Shown here piece by piece: positions 58,923-64,000 of a DNA stretch of 64,000 bases; position 1 is the stretch's first letter; every line of letters begins with the position of its first letter. The notes under the pieces are model-generated. The model was not told the origin of the DNA. It made no database searches and was given only the letters and a program-made list of their open reading frames with translations. The stretch spans positions 3,796 through 67,795 of the forward strand of contig CAWCBS010000008.1 of assembly GCA_963793875.1 (NCBI GenBank). The letters run 5' to 3'. The translations under genes were made by a program, and so were the position numbers. This stretch comes from an uncultured Chloroflexia bacterium (GTDB lineage Bacteria; Chloroflexota; Dormibacteria; Aeolococcales; Aeolococcaceae).

Positions 58923-61877
58923 ATGCTCGATCTGCCACCCGAACCGCACGATGCGGCCTCGAGGGAGAGCCCCGTGGCCGACGTGCCGGAGACGGCGCCC
59001 CCGGCGCTCGAGAGGAGCTGGGAAGGGGAGGTCGCCGAGGCCGGCCTGGCGGAACTGGACGACGCTCAGCGGCGGGCGGTCGACCACGGAGAGGGGCCGT
59101 GCCTGGTGCTCGCGGGACCGGGCTCAGGCAAGACCCGGGTCATCGTCGAGCGCTTCCTGCGCCTGGTCCGCGAGGGCTTCCCGGCCGATCGCCTGCTGGT
59201 GCTCACCTACACCCGGAAGGCCGCCACCGAGATGCGCGACCGGGTGGAGCGGGTGCACGGCCCCTTCGAGGGCGATCCCCCCCTGCTCAACTACCACTCA
59301 TTCGCCCAGCGGGTGCTCCGTCACTGGGGCTGGCGGCTCGGTATCTCTCCCGCCTTCCGGATCGCCGACGACGCCGAGCGCTGGCTGATGGTCGACGCCA
59401 TCCTCGCCGAGCTGCGGCCGACCACCCTCTACAACCCGCTGCGCGCGCACGATCTGGTCGACCCGATCCTGGACCTGATCGAGAAGGCCAAGCAGGAGCT
59501 GGTCTCCCCCGAGGAGTACGCGAGATGGGCGGTGGCCCGGCTGGCCGGCGCCGCGGAGGGCCTGGAGCGTGAGCTGCTCACCCGCCACCGCGAGTGCTCC
59601 GAGGTCTACCGGCGGATGGAGGCGAGCTTCCTGGAGCGCGCCATCCTCGACCACGACGACACCATCCTCTACGCCGAACGGCTGCTCCGGGAGCACGCCG
59701 ACGTCCGTGAGGCGGTGGCCGGGGCCATCGACCACGTGATGGTGGACGAGTATCAGGACACCAACTACGCCCAGGCCCGCCTGGTCGAGGCGCTGGCGGG
59801 GGCCCGCGGCAACCTCCTGGTGGTTGCCGACGACGACCAGTCGATCTACAAGTTTCGGGGCGCGTCGCTCGCCAACCTGGATCGCTTCGCCCGCCTCTAT
59901 CCCCAGCACCAGCGGGTGATCCTCGACCGCAACTACCGATCTCACCAGGAGATCGTGGAGGCGAGCCGGGCCATCATCGGAGCCGCGCCCCCCGGCTCGC
60001 GCATCGAGAAGCACCTAGTCGCCGATCGCGGGACGGGAGGCACGGTGGAGGTGTGGCGCGCCGCCGACGAGCGCGGCGAGGTCGTCGAGGTGGCCCAGGA
60101 GTGCAGGCGTCTGCTCGACGCGGGCGCGGATCCCACCGGTATCGCCTGGCTGTTCCGGCGCCACGACGACATGCAGGCGGCCACCCGAGCCCTCCAGGAG
60201 GCCGGGGTCGCCTACGTCGTCCATGGCGGGCGGGGATTCTTTCAGCGACGCGAGATCAAGGATCTGCTGGCGGTTCTCGGCGCCGTCCACGACCCCGGCG
60301 ACTCCCAGGCGCTGCTCCGCTGCGTCAACCTGCCCTCCTTCGCGGTGAGCAACCCCGGCCGGCTCTCCCTCGGTCGGGCCGCGCACGACCGGGACCTCCC
60401 GCTCGCCGAGATCATCGCCAGTGAGCTCCCGGAGCTGAGCGCGGACGACCTGGCGGCGGCCCGCCGCCTGGTCGAGGTGGTGGCGGAGCTCCACGCCCAG
60501 GCAGCCCGCGACGACGTGCGCGACGTCTTCTACGCAGCCCTCGAGAGGACCGAGTTCCTCGGCGTCCTCGACGACGCCGAGCCCCGGCTGCGAGCCCAGG
60601 TCGGGGCCAACCTCAACAAGTTCGGCGAGCTGCTCGAGGGGTTCGCGGATTGGAGCGACGACCGCAGCCTCGGCCTGGCCCTCCGCTACCTCGAGATCCT
60701 CCGTAACAGTCGCGCCGCCGACGAGATCGCCACCGTCGAGACCGGGGAGACAGGGATCAGCCTGCTCACCGCCCATTCCGCCAAGGGGCTGGAGTGGCCC
60801 GTCGTCTTCCTAGGACGGTGCACCGAGGAGCGATGGCCGGGGAAGGGCGGCTTCCCGGCCCGGCTCACCCTCCCCGACGAGCTGGTGCCCGAGCCCGCTC
60901 CCCAGGGAGAGGCGAGCCGGGACGAGGAGCGCCGTCTCTTCTACGTGGCCGCCACCCGGGCCCGGGACCGCCTGGTCATGGTCCACGCCCGCCGCTACCC
61001 GCATTCCTATCAAGACGAGCGACCCAGCCCCTTCCTCACCGGCATCGAGGGGATCCCCGGAGTGGGCCGCCGGACCATCGAGGGGGTCCGCCCGCCGTCG
61101 CGCCGCCAGGCGAGCGCTCCGACCGGGGCCCCCGCGCCCGAGATCCGGGCGTCGGTCTCCGACATCGCCGCCTTCAAGGACTGCGCGCGCCGCTACGCCT
61201 ATCGTGCCGTCTACCGCCTCCCCGTCCCGGCCTCACCCCAGCGCTGGTACGGGACCCTGATCCACACCGTCCTCCAGGCGCTGGCCGCGCGCCGCCAGGC
61301 CGGAGCCGATGCCGGGCCGGACGACGCCGCCCGGCTCTGGGCCGATGCCTGGCAAGCCTCCCGGGGCCCGAAGGGAGCCCACGCCGAGCTGCGCAGCCTC
61401 GGCGAGAGCCAGCTGCGCCGCTACGCGGCGTCGCCGGGGTGGCGCGACGCCGAACCCCTGGAGGTCGAGCGGCCCTTCACCCTGAGCGTCGCCGCCGGGG
61501 AGGTGACCGGCCGCTTCGACCGCATCGACGCCGGGCAGCACGGAGAGCGCGTGGTCGTCGACTACAAGACCGGGGCGCCCCGCGACGAGGAGGCGCTGCG
61601 CAGGGATCTCCAGGTGCGCGCCTACGCCGTCGCGCTCGCCCGGGAAGGGAAGAGCGACGAGGCCACCGTCGAGCTGCACTGGCTCCAGACCGCGGAGGTG
61701 AGCCGACTGCGCTTCGACTCGCGCGCGCTGGGAAGCTTCCACTTCCAGGTGGAGAGCAGCGCCCGCGAGCTGGCCCAGGCCCACCGGCTCCATGACTTCC
61801 CGCCCCGGCCGAGCAGCTGGCGGTGCCGCCGCTGCGAGTTCCGGACCATCTGCGACGAGGGCCGGGACGTTCTGTAG
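58923..61877 (+). CDS. UvrD/PcrA-type helicase fused to a C-terminal PD-(D/E)XK nuclease with Cas4/AddB-type Cys cluster
   Basis: Helicase motifs LAGPGSGKTRV, MVDEYQDTNY, ADDDQSIYKFRGA and LTAHSAKGLEWPVVF. Nuclease motifs GRFDRID...VVVDYKTG...QVRAYAVA. Cysteines are FKDC... and the terminal CRRCEFRTIC (CX2CX5C). Confidence 0.85.
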   Translation: MLDLPPEPHDAASRESPVADVPETAPPALERSWEGEVAEAGLAELDDAQRRAVDHGEGPCLVLAGPGSGKTRVIVERFLRLVREGFPADRLLVLTYTRKAATEMRDRVERVHGPFEGDPPLLNYHSFAQRVLRHWGWRLGISPAFRIADDAERWLMVDAILAELRPTTLYNPLRAHDLVDPILDLIEKAKQELVSPEEYARWAVARLAGAAEGLERELLTRHRECSEVYRRMEASFLERAILDHDDTILYAERLLREHADVREAVAGAIDHVMVDEYQDTNYAQARLVEALAGARGNLLVVADDDQSIYKFRGASLANLDRFARLYPQHQRVILDRNYRSHQEIVEASRAIIGAAPPGSRIEKHLVADRGTGGTVEVWRAADERGEVVEVAQECRRLLDAGADPTGIAWLFRRHDDMQAATRALQEAGVAYVVHGGRGFFQRREIKDLLAVLGAVHDPGDSQALLRCVNLPSFAVSNPGRLSLGRAAHDRDLPLAEIIASELPELSADDLAAARRLVEVVAELHAQAARDDVRDVFYAALERTEFLGVLDDAEPRLRAQVGANLNKFGELLEGFADWSDDRSLGLALRYLEILRNSRAADEIATVETGETGISLLTAHSAKGLEWPVVFLGRCTEERWPGKGGFPARLTLPDELVPEPAPQGEASRDEERRLFYVAATRARDRLVMVHARRYPHSYQDERPSPFLTGIEGIPGVGRRTIEGVRPPSRRQASAPTGAPAPEIRASVSDIAAFKDCARRYAYRAVYRLPVPASPQRWYGTLIHTVLQALAARRQAGADAGPDDAARLWADAWQASRGPKGAHAELRSLGESQLRRYAASPGWRDAEPLEVERPFTLSVAAGEVTGRFDRIDAGQHGERVVVDYKTGAPRDEEALRRDLQVRAYAVALAREGKSDEATVELHWLQTAEVSRLRFDSRALGSFHFQVESSARELAQAHRLHDFPPRPSSWRCRRCEFRTICDEGRDVL

Positions 61878-62056
61878 TTCCTGCCGACTCCCTCGCGAGT
61901 TTCTGACGATGAGCCTGGGCGGGCGTACGCGGCAGATAGTCAGGGCCAGGTTTGACCTCTGGCCAATTTCTGGGCCCCATGACAGCAGCGAGGTCGCTCG
62001 CCCCCAGGTTGCCTGCACCCCTGACCCCAAGAACCGGGGTGATGCTCGTCAGCCTA

Positions 62057-63207
62057 GTGGTCTGTCGGTGATTTGATCTGGTGGAGGGCTGCGCGCCCAC
62101 GTTGAACCTTCTCGATGATCTCGGCGGCGGGGGTGTGTCAGACGAAGGGTTGAGGAGCGTCGTTCCAGCAAGCAGCCCACTTCTCGATGGCGACGACGAG
62201 ATCAGCGACGCTGGTGAAAACGCCACGGCGGAGCCGCCTGTCGGTGAGTTCCTTGAACCACCTTTCCACCAGGTTGACCCAGGAACTCGACGTGGGCGTG
62301 AAGTGGAGGTGCCAGCGCGCCCGGCGCGGATGCCCCAGCCACCCGGTGATCTCAGGAGCTTTATGGGCCGAGAGGTTGTCGAGTACAACGTGGATCTCCA
62401 GGGCTCGGGGCACGCTGGCGTCGATGCGCTTGAAGAACTTCAGAACGTCCGCGGCGGAATGACTGCTTCGGCAATGGGTGAGGACCTCGCCGCTGCGGAT
62501 GTTGAGGGCGGCGAAGAGATCGGTCGTGCCATGACGCTTGTAGTCATGAGTCATGAGTCATGGTGCCGGCACGGCCGGGGCGGAGCGGCAGGCTGGGCTG
62601 GGTCCTGTCCAGCGCCTGGCACTGGGTCTTCTCATCGAAGCTGAACACCACGGCCCGCTCTGGGGGATCCATGTACAGCCCGACCACGTCAACCAGCTTC
62701 TCCTCGAAGTCGGGGTCGTTGGAGATCTTGAAGGTGTCGACCCTCCACGGCTTGAGGTGGTGGTCAGCCCAGATCCGGGCGACTGCGTCCTTGCCGATGC
62801 CGAGCTTCTCGGCCAGAGTCCGCGTGGTCCAGTGCGTCGACCCGTCCGATGGCAGCTCATGCTGGGTGATGCGGAGCACCTCGGCGACCGTCCCTGGCGG
62901 CAACCACGACTTGCGGCCCCGTCCCTTGGCGATCACCCCAACTCCGTCGATGCCCTTGGCCGCGAAGCGGGCTCGCCAGCGACGCACCGCATCCGAATCG
63001 ACATGAGAGCAGCGGGCGATCTCCTCGTTGCCAACACCCTCTGCCGCCCACAGCAAGGCCCGCGCTTGGACAACCTTCCGATGGGCGAGTGATGGTGAGC
63101 CGGCGATGTGCTCGAGCGATCGACGTTGCGTGGTCGTGAGCGGCAAGGCCGGGGCGGTGAGGCTGGCCACCCCCACATTATACCAGACTATTTCACAGAC
63201 AGACCAC
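62057..63207 (-). mobile_element. IS630-family insertion sequence (copy 1, defective), flanked by TA/TA
   Basis: The terminal inverted repeats are GTGGTCTGTCGGTGATTTGATCTGG (62057->) and GTGGTCTGTCTGTGAAATAGTCTGG (reverse complement of <-63207), about 21/27 identical. A TA sits at 62055-56 and at 63208-09. Confidence 0.8.
62138..63176 (-). pseudogene. IS630-family DDE transposase, inactivated by a 7-bp tandem duplication and a premature TGA
   Basis: ORF 62544..63176 ends ...GTMTHDS*. ORF 62138..62554 starts MTHDYKRHGTT. GTCATGA is duplicated at 62543-62556. The TGA at 62138-40 replaces the Trp of PFVW, and the frame stays open afterwards (HTPAAEIIEKVQRGRAALHQIKSPTDH*) to the element end. Confidence 0.85.
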
Positions 63208-64000
63208 TAGTGGCCCGTTCCTGAAATAGCTTGCGCACGAGGGCGATGCAGCACCTCGTCGGCGGTCTTGACCCATGCGAAGGGGTGCTTGTGATCGTCC
63301 CAGGTGACGAGAAACTGCTGGATCTTGGCCATCAGTGACCGCACGCTGTGGAAGACCCCGCGCTGAATGGCTTGGCGGTGAAGGATCGAGAACCAGGTCT
63401 CGACCTGGTTCAGCCAGCTGGCACTGGTGGGCGTGAAGTGAAGGTGAAACCGCGGGTTCATCGCCAACCACGCCCTGACGACGGGATGCTTGTGGGTGCG
63501 GTAGTTGTCGAGCACGAGGTGGATCTCGAGGTCGGGATAGGTCTGATCGATCACCTTCAGGAACTTGAGGAACTCCTGATGGCGGTGCCGTGAGTAGGTC
63601 CGACCGGTGACCGTTCCGCTGGCGATGTCGAAGGCCGCGAACAGCGTGGCGGTGCCGTGGCGGACGTAGTCGTGGGTGTGGCGCTCCACCTGCCCCGGCC
63701 GCATCGGAAGCAAGGGCTGGGTGCGGTCCAAAGCCTGGATCTGACTCTTCTCATCGACACAGAGCACCAGTGCGTTCTCTGGCGGATGGAGATACAAGCC
63801 GATGACATCGGTGACCTTGGCCTCCAACTCGGGGTCAGTGCTGTACTTGAACCCTCGGGTGCGGTGCGGCTGGAGGCCGCGCTCGCGCAGGACCCGGTGT
63901 ACCGCGGTGGGGCTGGCCTGCAGCGTCTCCGCCAGGACCCGGACGCTCCAGTGCGACATCCCGGGTGGCGGTGTGCGCAGCACCGTGCTGACCACGCGCG
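63207..64000 (-). CDS. IS630-family DDE transposase, C-terminal ~264 codons (N-terminus beyond the window)
   Basis: DDE blocks are VDEKSQIQALDR, LVLDNYRTHK and HFTPTSASWLNQVETWF. The listed start codon at 63995 is really an internal GTG (Val), and the ORF is open to the window edge. Confidence 0.85.
   Translation of the reverse strand, partial: RVVSTVLRTPPPGMSHWSVRVLAETLQASPTAVHRVLRERGLQPHRTRGFKYSTDPELEAKVTDVIGLYLHPPENALVLCVDEKSQIQALDRTQPLLPMRPGQVERHTHDYVRHGTATLFAAFDIASGTVTGRTYSRHRHQEFLKFLKVIDQTYPDLEIHLVLDNYRTHKHPVVRAWLAMNPRFHLHFTPTSASWLNQVETWFSILHRQAIQRGVFHSVRSLMAKIQQFLVTWDDHKHPFAWVKTADEVLHRPRAQAISGTGH
63210..64000 (-). mobile_element. IS630-family insertion sequence (copy 2), partial at the window edge
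   Basis: A terminal repeat-like end, GTGGCCCGTTCCTGAAATAGC, begins right after the shared TA (63208-09). It is related to, but diverged from, the copy 1 ends. Confidence 0.7.

Noticed and set aside
62543-62563. Programmed ribosomal frameshift joining the two IS630 transposase ORFs.
   Set aside because: The junction is a 7-bp tandem duplication (a +1 shift), not a slippery A/T heptamer. The copy also carries an independent premature TGA, and the neighbouring copy encodes the same region as one uninterrupted frame.

Overview
This is a 64-kb bacterial chromosomal segment of roughly 70% GC by eye. Its gene content (UPF0182, ClpS plus DUF2017, ClpC, a long S1, MMPL/TetR) points to a high-GC Terrabacteria lineage such as Actinomycetota, Chloroflexota or Dormibacterota. 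I cannot resolve the lineage further by hand.

Most of the window is minus-strand housekeeping:
- rpmE, DUF1385 and prfA
- glpX, pyrG, uvrA, clpC and rpsA
- a six-gene overlapping cofactor operon (DUF2520-panB-panC-panD-nadB-nadC)
- tRNA-fMet, tRNA-Met, tilS and ftsH
- rpsU, ybeY, pth, mfd and mazG

The abnormal or accessory parts are:
1. A 2.8-kb 2-oxoacid:ferredoxin oxidoreductase operon (delta-alpha-beta-gamma). Its homology path changes reading frame at least about 18 times, and its codon use (CTG/GTG-rich) differs from its neighbours.
2. Three genes each with one lesion: a DUF1385 frameshift, a VOC frameshift, and an MMPL gene with an in-frame TAA.
3. A 650-bp repeat-rich convergent spacer containing a G13 tract.
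4. Two abutting IS630-family elements at the right edge, one of them dead.
5. prfA and prmC separated by an inserted MFS gene plus lower-GC gene debris.

I did not recognise a defence island, CRISPR array, prophage or biosynthetic cluster. The unusual items are listed as findings, and sequencing or assembly artefact is stated as an alternative wherever it applies. All work was done by hand translation and motif reading. Pseudogene segment coordinates are approximate.
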